In this document: piece after piece, positions 17,745 through 27,472 of the stretch
How positions within the stretch are numbered: position 1 is the stretch's first letter
Layout: each line of letters opens with the position of its first letter
Assembly (NCBI GenBank): GCA_032128375.1
Contig: JAQBGU010000002.1
Span: forward strand, 6,400-70,399
Source of the DNA: Deltaproteobacteria bacterium
GTDB taxonomy: Bacteria > Myxococcota_A > UBA9160 > SMWR01
Direction of reading: 5' to 3'
DNA: 64,000 bases
The notes under the pieces: model-generated
Seen by the model: only the letters and a program-made list of their open reading frames with translations
What the model was told of the DNA's origin: nothing
The model's database searches: none
Translations under genes and position numbers: made by a program

Positions 17745-18668
17745 ATGTCTGAATCGATTACGTTCTCCGGTAGTACCCTCAACCGCTCTTCGAACCAGCG
17801 CCGCGATGCGGAGTGGATCGCGCGTCACCTCGACGATGACGCCGCCCGCTTTCTGCCGATGTGGAAACTCAACCCATTGGTCAAGCTGGGCGAACAGCGC
17901 TCGCTGGCCTGGGCGAAATTCGAGATGTTCGATGACATCAAGCCCGCGCCGACGCCGATGCTGCTCGGAATCGATGGCGACGTGGCCCATTTCGCGGTCG
18001 ATGTCTCCTCGGTCGAAGACCCAGAGGTTGCCTTTGGAGTCGACGAAGTGGCCAAATTCGAGGAGTTGCGCGGCGTCGTTCCGCAGCTGTCGCATGCAGA
18101 AGCCTCGATTGCCGCCCACGCGCGCTCGCTTACCGATTGGCATGCGCGCCACGGCTATTGCGCGGCGTGTGGTAGCGCGACGGTTCCCGAATCATGCGGT
18201 GCCAACCGGCGCTGTCCCGACTGCTCGGTCGAGCACTTCCCGCGCACCGACCCGGTCGCCATCGCGGTCGTGGGGCGCGGTGACCAGTGTCTGCTCGGCC
18301 GCGGCTCCGGCTGGCCGAACACGATGTATTCGGCGCTTGCCGGCTTCATCGAGCCCGGCGAGACGTTGGAAGAGGCCGTGCGCCGCGAGGTGCAGGAAGA
18401 GAGCGGCATCCGCGTCGGCGATGTGCACTATGTCAAGAGTCAACCGTGGCCGTTTCCGTCTTCTCTGATGATCGGATGCATCGGCGAGGGCGAAAGCGAT
18501 GAGATCAGCGTGGATTTCGGTGAACTCGAAGATGTGAAATGGTTCTCGTTGAAAACGATTCAGGCCGCACTCGATGGCCAATCGAGCGAGTTGTTCATTC
18601 CGCCACCGTTCGCGGTCGCGCATCATCTGGTTCGCGCCTGGGCGCAGCGGCGCTCGGGAAAAGCTTAG
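17745..18668 (+). CDS. nudC: NAD+ diphosphatase (NADH pyrophosphatase)
   Basis: Zinc ribbon CAACGS...CPDC; Nudix box GFIEPGETLEEAVRREVQEESGI; SQPWPFPSSLM. Confidence 0.85.
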   Translation: MSESITFSGSTLNRSSNQRRDAEWIARHLDDDAARFLPMWKLNPLVKLGEQRSLAWAKFEMFDDIKPAPTPMLLGIDGDVAHFAVDVSSVEDPEVAFGVDEVAKFEELRGVVPQLSHAEASIAAHARSLTDWHARHGYCAACGSATVPESCGANRRCPDCSVEHFPRTDPVAIAVVGRGDQCLLGRGSGWPNTMYSALAGFIEPGETLEEAVRREVQEESGIRVGDVHYVKSQPWPFPSSLMIGCIGEGESDEISVDFGELEDVKWFSLKTIQAALDGQSSELFIPPPFAVAHHLVRAWAQRRSGKA

Positions 18669-18776
18669 CGGGAGTTATCGGGCAGCCGGCAAGGAGTTCC
18701 GCGCCGATGAGGTGTTCGAATTCGGCACAACCTGCAGAGGACACGGATTGAATATCGGTCGGGTGGATCCGTTCCG

Positions 18777-19406
18777 CTACTTGCGCGCAAGCGGCACAAT
18801 GTTTCGCAACTGTTCAGCAGGGAACGGCTCGCCTTGTAGGAACGAACCGATTCCCGTGTCGATCAGCGAGAAGAAGCTTTTCAGCGCGTCGAGACGCGCC
18901 TGCAGGATTGCGTTGTTGTCGTTCTTCACAGTGGAGCGACCCGTTGCGCGTCCAGTGCCGCGTTCGCTGGCTTGCTCGGTCTCAGAAACAGCAGACAAGA
19001 CCTGGCGCACGGTCCAACGAAAGCGGCGCTCAAAAATTTCCTGCATCGCACGGAAAAAATCCGTCGCTGCGATGTAGTGATCCTTACGCGAACCCGGCAC
19101 AGGTTTGCGTCGCACCAGGTGCCACTCGACAAGAACGCGGACGTTGATCGAGATATTGCTCTTGCTCTGATCGAGTTGTTCGGCGATATCTTCGAGACTC
19201 AGCGGTTCGAGCTGCAGATACAGCAGCGCGAAGATTCTCGCCTGCTGCTGCGTGAGAATGCCCGAGGTCGCCGCGGCTGCTCCCATCCCGTCTACAAAGC
19301 TGGCGGTCTTGCGGTCCAGTGTGTGCCTCCGTTTCGACTGCGCAGAGAATGCCGGTGTCCGATCGCGTCTTGGTTGCGCTACGTGCCGAGTTCGGTTTTC
19401 GCTCAT
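18777..19406 (-). CDS. GbsR/MarR-type transcriptional regulator
   Basis: ARIFALLYLQLEPLSLEDIAEQLDQSKSNISINVRVLVEWHLVRRKPVPGSRKDHY, a winged-helix pattern of the GbsR family. The 499-aa track ORF is a chimera; ATG 19406 lies 11 nt below the NnrU stop. Confidence 0.7.
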   Translation of the reverse strand: MSENRTRHVAQPRRDRTPAFSAQSKRRHTLDRKTASFVDGMGAAAATSGILTQQQARIFALLYLQLEPLSLEDIAEQLDQSKSNISINVRVLVEWHLVRRKPVPGSRKDHYIAATDFFRAMQEIFERRFRWTVRQVLSAVSETEQASERGTGRATGRSTVKNDNNAILQARLDALKSFFSLIDTGIGSFLQGEPFPAEQLRNIVPLARK

Positions 19407-19417
19407 CTGGAGGGACG

Positions 19418-20209
19418 TCAGGTCCGCGCGGGCACAGACTCGGCCGGGTCGCGGCGCCGGCGACCGACGTACTTCAGCACTTCCACGCCCGCGCCACCCA
19501 CTACCGCTGCGATGAACCAGGCGCCACCATTGCTGAGGATCGAGCCGTGTATAGCGCGCAGAGCGATCGCGATCGCGATACCGGTCGCAAACCCCAACCA
19601 TGGGAGCTCGCGCCAAACGATGTATTGACGCTTGGAATAGACCGCTACGAACGGTACGAAGGATGTGGTCGCAAGGTAGTCGATGTAAGAGCGCCCGTAT
19701 CGGGCCGCGAGCTTCCGATCCTGGTGCAGCGCGCCCAGGATCGAGACGGCAGCGAAACCGCCGAAGAAAACCGCTCCGATCAAGCGGCTGGCCAGCAGCG
19801 CGTGCGCGAGCGCGAACAGGCTGAGTCCGACGAAGAATGCGTGTCGAGAAATGCGAGCCAAGCCTTCTGGCTGACGTACGTCGTTCGATGCCAACGCCAT
19901 CGGAGAGCTGCGGTACGCGACCAGGCTGGCCGCGATCAGCGATACGCCTGTGCCGATGAGCCCGATCCCAATCGGCCGCAGCGAGTCGAATTGGGCGATC
20001 GCGAGTCCGGCCGGCCCTTCGGCTCGGTGTACCGCGTAGTAGGCCACCAATCCACTGAACACAAGCGCAGAGATCAGCGAGAAGAGCAACGTGAAGCCTG
20101 CCTCTCCGAATGTTTCTACTGCCTTTGCACGCAAATGCTTCGTAGTGAGTCCAATGTGCACTGCTCCAAACGAAGTCCACAGTAGGGCCAGAGTGGTTGT
20201 GGGGTCCAC
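19418..20209 (-). CDS. NnrU family membrane protein
   Basis: Multi-pass membrane protein with LARISRHAFFVGLSLFALAHALL ... HQDRKLAARYG ... TSFVPF, NnrU-like motifs. AAGGAG lies upstream. Confidence 0.7.
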   Translation of the reverse strand: MDPTTTLALLWTSFGAVHIGLTTKHLRAKAVETFGEAGFTLLFSLISALVFSGLVAYYAVHRAEGPAGLAIAQFDSLRPIGIGLIGTGVSLIAASLVAYRSSPMALASNDVRQPEGLARISRHAFFVGLSLFALAHALLASRLIGAVFFGGFAAVSILGALHQDRKLAARYGRSYIDYLATTSFVPFVAVYSKRQYIVWRELPWLGFATGIAIAIALRAIHGSILSNGGAWFIAAVVGGAGVEVLKYVGRRRRDPAESVPART

Positions 20210-20243
20210 GATTGATTCTCCTTTCCGAACTGACTGTTTGTTT

Positions 20244-20271
20244 AGAACATTTAATATATCTTGTACGTTCT
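20244..20271. promoter_or_regulatory. inverted repeat in AT-rich promoter region of the NnrU-GbsR operon
   Basis: AGAAC-N18-GTTCT centred on TTAATATAT, in the only strongly AT-rich stretch nearby and about 35-60 nt upstream of the NnrU start. Confidence 0.3.
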
Positions 20272-20414
20272 GTCAATATCGATCGAAAACGGAGATCTGC
20301 AGTCGGCGAACAGGAGACGCAATTCGACCGGGGACGACGTCCAGGCCAACTCCCGGCTGGTCGCCCACGCGACGTCTGGTGCCTGCGCGGAGCGGATGCG
20401 CGACCCGAAGGCGC

Positions 20415-20855
20415 CTAGAAAAGAGCTTTCAATTCGCCGGATTCGTGCATCTCACGAATGATGTCGCAGCCGCCGACGAATTCTCCGCGCACGTAGATCT
20501 GGGGAATCGTCGGCCACCCGGAGAATTCCTGGATGCCCGCGCGAATCTCGGGTGCCTGCATCACATCGACGCTGCCGAAATCGACGCCGTACGATTGGAG
20601 GATGCCTACGACCGTCGCCGAGAAGCCGCACTCCGGTACGGCCGCGGTGCCCTTCATGAACAAGACGACGGGTTGCTCGGCGAGCAACTCACCCATTTGC
20701 GCTCGCACTTCATCGCTGAGGCTGATTCGAGGCTCCTCGTAAATTTCAGAGTTTCGCTTCCAAACAGCGGGTGCCAGCAGCCATGCGAATCGGTCAGCAC
20801 AGAGGCCGGTTCGAGCGAGAAATGCAGCTGGCTCCACGTGCCCTATCATCACCAT
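20415..20855 (-). CDS. grxD: Grx4-type monothiol glutaredoxin
   Basis: VVLFMKGTAAVPECGFS ... WPTIPQIYVRGEFVGGCDI, with a CGFS active site. Start is uncertain: ATG 20855/20849 gives an N-terminal extension of about 40 aa. Confidence 0.8.
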   Translation of the reverse strand: MVMIGHVEPAAFLARTGLCADRFAWLLAPAVWKRNSEIYEEPRISLSDEVRAQMGELLAEQPVVLFMKGTAAVPECGFSATVVGILQSYGVDFGSVDVMQAPEIRAGIQEFSGWPTIPQIYVRGEFVGGCDIIREMHESGELKALF

Positions 20856-20943
20856 TTCGCGATTCTGCAGTGAACAAGACCCCGGGGAAGGGCGCGGTGG
20901 CAAGTCGCGCCCGCTGCACGGGAGGCAGGATACGGTACTGTTT

Positions 20944-22041
20944 TTGGTAGTCAATCAGCCGGCGACCCCATTGTCCCCCTCGAAACTTCCTGATCACAGC
21001 GCGCTCGAGCCTGGACGCGGACCGCTCGACCAACTCGGTCGGCCGCTGCGCGATCTGCGCATCTCGGTGACGGATCGCTGCAATTTTCGCTGTCCGTACT
21101 GCATGCCGGCCGAAGTCTACGGCGATAGCTACCAATTTCTCGCGAAGCCGGAATTGCTTACGTTCGAAGAGATCGAGCGACTGGCGCGCCTATTCGTCGG
21201 AATCGGTGTCGAGAAGTTGCGGATTACCGGTGGCGAACCGCTGCTGCGCCACGAGTTGCCCCAGCTGCTCGAGCGGCTGGTCGCGATCGAAGGGCTCGCG
21301 GATCTGGCGCTGACCACGAACGGATACCTGCTCGGGCGCCAGGCCGATGCAATCGCACAGGCGGGTCTGTCGAGAATCACCGTCAGTCTCGACAGCCATG
21401 ACGAAGAGATTTTCAAGAAGATGAGCGGACGAAATTTCGGCCCACAGCGCGTGCTCGATGGCATCGATGCGGCGGCGCGCGCCGGAATGAGCCCGATCAA
21501 GATCAATTGCGTCGTCCAGCGCGGCGTCAACGACCATACATTGGTGGACCTCGCAGGGTTCTTCCGCGAGCGCGGCCACATCGTTCGCTTCATCGAGTTC
21601 ATGGACGTGGGTACACTGAACGGTTGGGATCTCAGCCAGGTCGTAACCGCCGCCGAGATCGCAGAACGCATCGACGGCGAGTTCCCCATCGAACCCATTG
21701 CGCCCAACTACGCCGGTGAAGTCGCCACCCGCTACCGATACCGAGATGGCGGCGGAGAGATCGGCATCATCCCAAGCGTCAGCACACCGTTTTGTGCCAG
21801 CTGTACCCGCGCCCGACTCACCATCGAGGGCAAGCTGGTGACGTGCCTGTTCGCGGAATCCGGTGTCGACCTGCGCACGCCGCTGCGATCGGGCAACAGC
21901 GACGCGGAGTTGACCGAACAGATCCAAAGCATCTGGTCGGCGCGCAACGACCGCTACTCCGAACTGCGCGCCGGTCTGGCTTCGTCGTCGAGCGGTCGAG
22001 GCACCGGATCGAAGATCGAGATGTACCAGATCGGTGGCTGA
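20944..22041 (+). CDS. moaA: GTP 3',8-cyclase (molybdenum cofactor biosynthesis protein A)
   Basis: LRISVTDRCNFRCPYCMP radical-SAM cluster motif, C-terminal CASCTRARLT second cluster motif, ends in GG. Start is uncertain within the first 25 codons. Confidence 0.9.
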   Translation: MVVNQPATPLSPSKLPDHSALEPGRGPLDQLGRPLRDLRISVTDRCNFRCPYCMPAEVYGDSYQFLAKPELLTFEEIERLARLFVGIGVEKLRITGGEPLLRHELPQLLERLVAIEGLADLALTTNGYLLGRQADAIAQAGLSRITVSLDSHDEEIFKKMSGRNFGPQRVLDGIDAAARAGMSPIKINCVVQRGVNDHTLVDLAGFFRERGHIVRFIEFMDVGTLNGWDLSQVVTAAEIAERIDGEFPIEPIAPNYAGEVATRYRYRDGGGEIGIIPSVSTPFCASCTRARLTIEGKLVTCLFAESGVDLRTPLRSGNSDAELTEQIQSIWSARNDRYSELRAGLASSSSGRGTGSKIEMYQIGG

Positions 22042-22606
22042 GCTGTACGTTATGGATATCGTTGAAAAAAAGTGGTTTCTGCCCACACCCCACGGGTGGC
22101 GGCGTGCCGGTCAAGCGGCCGCAATCTCCATCAACGCGGGCGTCGATCTCGCCGTGCCGTCACGCCCGATTCTTCCTGCAATCACCGGCCGAGCTGACAG
22201 GCTGCTAGAGTTCGGGTCCGCGACTCATTGACTGCCTACGTTCCGGTCCTCGCGGAGTTCCGCTGCAAAGATATGGATCGGCCCATTGGGGAGGGCCGCC
22301 GCGTAGGAATATGGGTTCGCCCATTTGTCAACGATCGATTTCGAGAGGACGCCACCGGGACTGCGATCAGCTGATCGATACAAGGGGATGCGCACGGCGT
22401 CGACATCGACTCGGACGCTGGTGCACCGCCCGCCGCTATTCTCGAATCAATCCCGGAGAGCGATCGTCGCCAAAGGCGATTTTGGTTTCGGAATCGCGAG
22501 GAGTACGAACTCAACCGCCTGAAACCTTCTCAGCTAGCGTCGCTACTCTCGGGCGCCTTCCGTCGGAAAAATCGGGTTACATCAGTATGTACCACCCCAT
22601 CCACGC

Positions 22607-22996
22607 GTGGCGCGAACACTCCCAGTGACCGAACCTGCGTCGGTAGTCCCGGGCGGCCACGAACCCGTTGGCGACTACGCGTACGTCCGGGTCCTTGATT
22701 CCGGCGGTGGTATGGATCCGGAAACCGGGGAGCGCGCTATCGAACCGCTTTTTTCGACGCGAGGAAAGGACCGTGGGGTCGGCCTCCCGACCGCTCTTGG
22801 AATCGCACGAGTTCAGCGCGCGCCGGTTCTGTTCCAAAAACGAACACGGCCGCGCTGCGATTCCCGTTGGACCGTGACGCATTCGACGGCGGCGAGAGAA
22901 TTTTTTCTGAGCATGGATCGTACGCTCGTTCGAGCCGCGGGAGGTTCACTAGCTGAGGTCGGCGTTGTCAACGGTAGGGGCTCACTGGCTTCGTAG
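22607..22996 (+). pseudogene. degenerate histidine-kinase ATPase-domain remnant
   Basis: GDYAYVRVLDSGGGMDPETGERAIEPLFSTRGKDRGVGLPTALGIAR resembles the G1/F/G2 boxes of HATPase_c, but the motifs are eroded and there are no upstream H-box or sensor domains. It lies in a gap of about 1 kb (22042-23035) with no intact ORF. Confidence 0.4.
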
Positions 22997-23035
22997 CCGG
23001 GACCCGATCGCGACCCTCGATAAGGAGAATCCGAC

Positions 23036-24127
23036 ATGTTTCAGAAACACAACCCCGCAGTGGGTTCGCGCCCCGGGACACTCGCAATCCCGCCTGGCTC
23101 CCCGTTTCCGAAGATCAGCGTTGTGCAGTACGACGCTCAGTCAGTCACGCGTCATCAAATTGAGGATGTGGAAGAGCTTCGCGCATTTCGCGAAATGGAG
23201 AGCGTCAGCTGGGTTGATATCCAGGGGCTCGGAGATGAGGCGACGATTCGAGCAGTCGGCGAAATCTTCGGACTTCATCCTGTTGCGCTCGAAAACGCCG
23301 TCAATGTGCCGCAGCGGGCCAAGACGGATCTTCACGAGCACTACCAACTCATCATCGCGCGTACGCCGCAGATCGACGACGACGGAAAGGTGTTGACACC
23401 GCAGGTGTGCTTCATTGTCGGTAAACAGTATTTGCTGACGTTTCAGGAGCGCTACTACGGCTTCTTCGACTCTGTTCGAGAGCGAATCCAGGCCGGTATC
23501 GGTGCGATCCGGAACCAGGGGCCCGACTATCTCGCGTACGCGTTGATCGACGCGATGATCGATCGGTATTACCCCGTCGCACAGCGGCTGGCCGAGAACC
23601 TCGAGGAACTCGAGGACATCATCATCGAGTATCCCCACCCCGAAGTGCTCGCGCGGATCCAGGCTTTGCGCCGCCAGCTGGTAGTTCTCCGACGGATCGG
23701 GTGGCCGCAAAGGGAGGCCATCAGTGCGATGCTCCGCGAACAGACGCCCTTTTTTGGCGACCAGGAGAAAGTCTATCTGCGCGACACATATGATCACATC
23801 GCCCAGATCGTCGAACTCATCGACTCGTCGCGCGAAATGGCTTCGGACCTGTCGGAATCGTATCTATCGAACGTGAGCCATCGTACGAACGAGATCACGA
23901 AAGTGTTGACACTGATGGCGAGCATCTTCATTCCGCTCACGTTCGTTGCAGGAATCTACGGCATGAATTTCGAGAACATGCCGGAACTCCATTCGCGCAA
24001 CGGATACTTTCTTGTCTGGGGCGTGATGATCACGCTCGGTGTCGGAATGACGCTCTACTTTCGGCATAAGGGCTGGATCGGGACACCGCCCCCACCCGAT
24101 TTCAAATCCGGAGGCGAGAAATCGTGA
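23036..24127 (+). CDS. corA: magnesium/cobalt transporter CorA
   Basis: C-terminal two TM helices with the YGMNFENMPEL (GMN) motif. AAGGAG lies 7 nt upstream. Confidence 0.9.
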   Translation: MFQKHNPAVGSRPGTLAIPPGSPFPKISVVQYDAQSVTRHQIEDVEELRAFREMESVSWVDIQGLGDEATIRAVGEIFGLHPVALENAVNVPQRAKTDLHEHYQLIIARTPQIDDDGKVLTPQVCFIVGKQYLLTFQERYYGFFDSVRERIQAGIGAIRNQGPDYLAYALIDAMIDRYYPVAQRLAENLEELEDIIIEYPHPEVLARIQALRRQLVVLRRIGWPQREAISAMLREQTPFFGDQEKVYLRDTYDHIAQIVELIDSSREMASDLSESYLSNVSHRTNEITKVLTLMASIFIPLTFVAGIYGMNFENMPELHSRNGYFLVWGVMITLGVGMTLYFRHKGWIGTPPPPDFKSGGEKS

Positions 24128-24182
24128 AGAACAGAGCCTGGCACGGGTCGATCGGCGCGCAAGGACGTGTTACTTAGCCGCG

Positions 24183-24791
24183 ATGGCACAACTAACCATT
24201 CAGCGTCTTCTGGAAAACAATCGAAGCTGGTCGGCAAGCCGCAGGCAAACGAACCCGGCTTTCTTCGAGCAGCTTTGCGGTCTGCAAAAACCTGAATTCC
24301 TGTGGATTGGTTGCGCCGATAGCCGAGTCCCGGCGAACGAAATCGTGGGGCTTCAACCGGGCGAGTTGTTCGTGCACCGCAATATTGCCAACGTCATGCC
24401 ACCGGGAGACGCGAACAGCTTGTCGGTTCTCCAGTACGCTGTCGATGTCCTCAACGTGCGGCACGTCATCGTCTGCGGCCACTACGGTTGCGGGGGGGTG
24501 GCGGCAGCGATGGAAGACCATCCGAGCGGCGCGCTCGGACACTGGCTGGACAACATCGAGCGGGTCTACGAAGCCAATCGGGTCGAGATCGACCGACTGG
24601 CAAACCCGCAAGCGCGCGTTCGCCACCTTTGTGAGTTGAACGTCCTCGCCCAGGTGCGCAGCGTCACCCAAGCGACGAGCGTGCGTGCAGCTTGGAAACG
24701 CAACCAAGCCCTGTCGATACACGGCTGGATCTACGACCTTCAAGACGGGCTGCTCGAGGAGATCAGCCCTCCGGTTAGCGCGGTCGCTTGA
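24183..24791 (+). CDS. can: beta-class carbonic anhydrase
   Basis: LWIGCADSRVPANEI ... FVHRNIANV ... VIVCGHYGCGGV, the zinc ligands C, H, C with the Asp-Arg dyad. Confidence 0.9.
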   Translation: MAQLTIQRLLENNRSWSASRRQTNPAFFEQLCGLQKPEFLWIGCADSRVPANEIVGLQPGELFVHRNIANVMPPGDANSLSVLQYAVDVLNVRHVIVCGHYGCGGVAAAMEDHPSGALGHWLDNIERVYEANRVEIDRLANPQARVRHLCELNVLAQVRSVTQATSVRAAWKRNQALSIHGWIYDLQDGLLEEISPPVSAVA

Positions 24792-24919
24792 TCGCGCGAG
24801 ACGCACCAAAAGCAATGCGTGGGGCGCGCGGGATGGCACCCGTGTGGCCAGATGCCCGACCCAAGCTGGGTCGCAACCACGATGTGGAAGCGTTCGCCCC
24901 ACAGCGGCGAACGCGCGAC

Positions 24920-26875
24920 CTAGGCCAGCCTTTGGCCCGGCAACAGTGGAGGCATCGGGGCGCCGAGCGAGTCGGCGATGGCGCGCATTAGCTCCCCCTG
25001 TGCCTGGGAGACGATACCGTCCGAAGCGATGGATGCGGCGCACGCGGGCAAGAGCTGCTCGACCGTGCGCGCGTCGGCTCGAGCGAGGACCGTGAGCGCC
25101 TGATCGAGAGCGTCCAGGCCGGAGCGATCCCGCGGCAGGAGCTGCAGTGAAGTCCCGCGGAGCCTTGCCGCGCCCTGACTGAACGACTCCTGCGCTGAAT
25201 CTTCGTCGGCGCTTCCGAAACGCGAGAGCGCTGACAACACGACGCCGCACTCAGGCGCCACCCGCGAGAGCGACAGGTTGCGTCTCGCTCGCGAGCCGGT
25301 GCGCTCGAAGTGGGGCCGCAGGTGAGCGAACAGCATGCGCTGGAGCGTCCACTCGAACAGGTCGATGCGGCCATCCGCCTCGATGAGCGCTGCTACGTTG
25401 GCGTCGAACGCGGCGAACTGCCCCGGCGACAGGCGCTGTAGTGTCGGTAGCGCGATGTCGATCAGCGGAAGACGGAGCCGGGCATCGAGACGTTCGACGT
25501 CTGGCAGCAGCCGAAGCGTCTCTTCCGCGATTCCCGCTTCGCTTGCGCGAGTGAGCCGTTCGAGCTGCCGCCGCCGCACTTCATCGTCGCGCCCGATCAG
25601 CAACGCATACAGGATCGCACGCGCACCGTGGGGTTCGTGGCAGGCCGTGACGACCGACTCGGGCAGACTCGCGACCAGGCTGGCCGCATACGCGAGGTGC
25701 GCAGCCGTGGGCAAGCCGACCTGATCGATCGCCGACCCTGTGGGCTGCGCTGGGAGAGTCCGGGTCGGCGCGACCGTGCCGCTCGCCGCGAATCCGGCTG
25801 CGCGCGCGGGTTGCATCCCGCCGCCTTCGGCCGGCGCTCTGCTGCCGCCTTGGAAGGACGGGTCGAGCCGCCGGATGCGCTCTTCGAGGGGCGGATGCGT
25901 TGCGAACAGCGATTGCAGCCCGCCGCGCAGTCCCTGGCTGAACAAGAGGTGACTCGCCGCTGGAGCCGACGGGCTCATCAGAATCGATCCCGCATCGAAG
26001 CCTGCGATCTTCTTGAGCGCACCAGCGATGCCGTCGGGGTTGCGGGTGAATTGTACCGCCGAAGCGTCGGCCAGGAACTCGCGTTGGCGGCTGACGGAAG
26101 CCTTGATGAGGTTGCCGAAGAACGTCCCCAAGAAGCCGACGATCATCAACCCGAAGCCTGCCGCCAGCATCACCGCGCCGTTGTTGTCCCGGCCGCCGCG
26201 CCGGCCACCACCGAACATCGACGATCGCAGCAGGAAGTAGCCGATGAGTCCGATCAGCAGGATTCCGTGGATGGCGCCCATCAGCCGAATGTTCAAGCGC
26301 ATGTCGCCGCTCAAGATGTGGCTGAATTCATGTGCGATCACACCCTGCAGCTCGTCGCGGCTGAGGCGATGGACGCATCCGCGTGTAACGCCGATGACGG
26401 CATCGCTCGTCGTGAAGCCGGCGGCGAATGCATTGATAGCGTCTTCATCCGCCATCAGGTACACCGGCGGCGTCGGCGTTCCGCTGGCAATCGCCATCTC
26501 CTCGACGACGTTGAGAAGCTTTCGGGCATCGGGGTCTCGCGTGTCGGTGGGTACGAGCTGGCCGCCCAGCGATTCCGCGACAACTACACCACCGCCGCGT
26601 AGCTGCGCGATCTTGTAGAGGCTGCCGGCCGAAACGACCGCAAGCGTCGCCAGGCCGACCTGGATGAGAAGATCGGGTTGCCAGAACTCCGGGTGCATTC
26701 CGACGATGCGACCATACTCGTCGGTCGCCGGCTGTCCAGTGATTGCCACGGCCAGCGCGTACAGCAGCGCGACGATTCCCACCACCGCGCACCCGAATAG
26801 GAAGACGAGCCACGACGTCTGACGGCGAGCCGCTTCCTGGTTCTCGAAAAAATTCGTCGACACCGGCTTCGTCAA
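24920..26875 (-). CDS. M48 family metallopeptidase with long C-terminal helical (TerB-like) extension
   Basis: N-terminal TM helices and the HEFSHI zinc motif (GVIAHEFSHILSGD). The C-terminal ~300 aa contain EADGRIDLFEW and ASDGIVSQAQGELMRAIADSLG repeats. Confidence 0.8.
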   Translation of the reverse strand: MTKPVSTNFFENQEAARRQTSWLVFLFGCAVVGIVALLYALAVAITGQPATDEYGRIVGMHPEFWQPDLLIQVGLATLAVVSAGSLYKIAQLRGGGVVVAESLGGQLVPTDTRDPDARKLLNVVEEMAIASGTPTPPVYLMADEDAINAFAAGFTTSDAVIGVTRGCVHRLSRDELQGVIAHEFSHILSGDMRLNIRLMGAIHGILLIGLIGYFLLRSSMFGGGRRGGRDNNGAVMLAAGFGLMIVGFLGTFFGNLIKASVSRQREFLADASAVQFTRNPDGIAGALKKIAGFDAGSILMSPSAPAASHLLFSQGLRGGLQSLFATHPPLEERIRRLDPSFQGGSRAPAEGGGMQPARAAGFAASGTVAPTRTLPAQPTGSAIDQVGLPTAAHLAYAASLVASLPESVVTACHEPHGARAILYALLIGRDDEVRRRQLERLTRASEAGIAEETLRLLPDVERLDARLRLPLIDIALPTLQRLSPGQFAAFDANVAALIEADGRIDLFEWTLQRMLFAHLRPHFERTGSRARRNLSLSRVAPECGVVLSALSRFGSADEDSAQESFSQGAARLRGTSLQLLPRDRSGLDALDQALTVLARADARTVEQLLPACAASIASDGIVSQAQGELMRAIADSLGAPMPPLLPGQRLA

Positions 26876-26878
26876 CCG

Positions 26879-27472
26879 CTAAGAGAACGAGACCTTGGGA
26901 GCTTCGGCAATCGCCTGGCTGTCGAATTCGAGCAGCGATGCGTTGGTCGGGTGACCGAACGCCGCGGCGAACAGCACCGCCGGGAAGCTCTGGCGGTAAG
27001 TGTTGTAGGCGGTCACTCCGTCGTTGAACGCTTGCCGGGCGAAGGAGACCTTGTTCTCCGTCGAGGTCAGCTCCTCGGTGAGCTGCTGCATGTTCTGGCT
27101 GGCCTTCAGATCCGGGTAGGCCTCCGACAGCGCCAACAGGCGACCCACGGCACCGCCAAGCACGCCTTCAGCTGCGCCGAGTTGCTTCATCGCGTCGGGG
27201 TTTCCCGGGTCACCGGCTGCGGCGGCCAACCCCGAGGCAGCCTGGTTGCGGGCCTCGACGACGGCCTCGAGGGTCTCCCGCTCGTGGGACATGTAGCCCT
27301 TGACGGTCTCGACCAGGTTCGGGATCAGGTCGTAGCGTCGCTTGAGCTGCACCTCGATCTGTGCGAAGCCGTTTTGGTAGCGGTTCTTCAGCGCAACGAG
27401 GCGGTTGTAGATCCCGACGACGACGACAGCCAGTACGACGACGATGCCGATGAGCACGAACAGAGTGGTCAT
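26879..27472 (-). CDS. lemA: LemA family protein
   Basis: MTTLFVLIGIVVVLAVVVVGIYNRLVALKNRYQNGFAQIEVQLKRRYDLIPNLVETVKGY... AAGGAGG lies upstream, and the stop is 4 nt from the M48 start. Confidence 0.9.
   Translation of the reverse strand: MTTLFVLIGIVVVLAVVVVGIYNRLVALKNRYQNGFAQIEVQLKRRYDLIPNLVETVKGYMSHERETLEAVVEARNQAASGLAAAAGDPGNPDAMKQLGAAEGVLGGAVGRLLALSEAYPDLKASQNMQQLTEELTSTENKVSFARQAFNDGVTAYNTYRQSFPAVLFAAAFGHPTNASLLEFDSQAIAEAPKVSFS

Noticed and set aside
18777-20276. The 499-aa ORF in the track spanning both the GbsR-type regulator and the NnrU region.
   Set aside because: Only the last 209 codons have regulator motifs. The upstream part is Arg-rich and overlaps the well-supported NnrU gene in another frame.
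20866-20943. A 7-bp-stem hairpin GGGCGCG-N9-CGCGCCC followed by CACGGGAGGCAGG just upstream of moaA, considered as a possible Moco riboswitch.
   Set aside because: The available leader is under 80 nt and overlaps the possible grxD 5' end. I cannot reproduce the multi-stem Moco motif from memory with confidence. A covariance-model scan (Rfam RF01055) would settle it.
24890-24914. A 9-bp-stem hairpin GCGTTCGCC-N7-GGCGAACGC between the convergent can and M48 genes, considered as a terminator.
   Set aside because: There is no U-tract on either strand. It may still act as a bidirectional attenuator, but I cannot support a terminator call.
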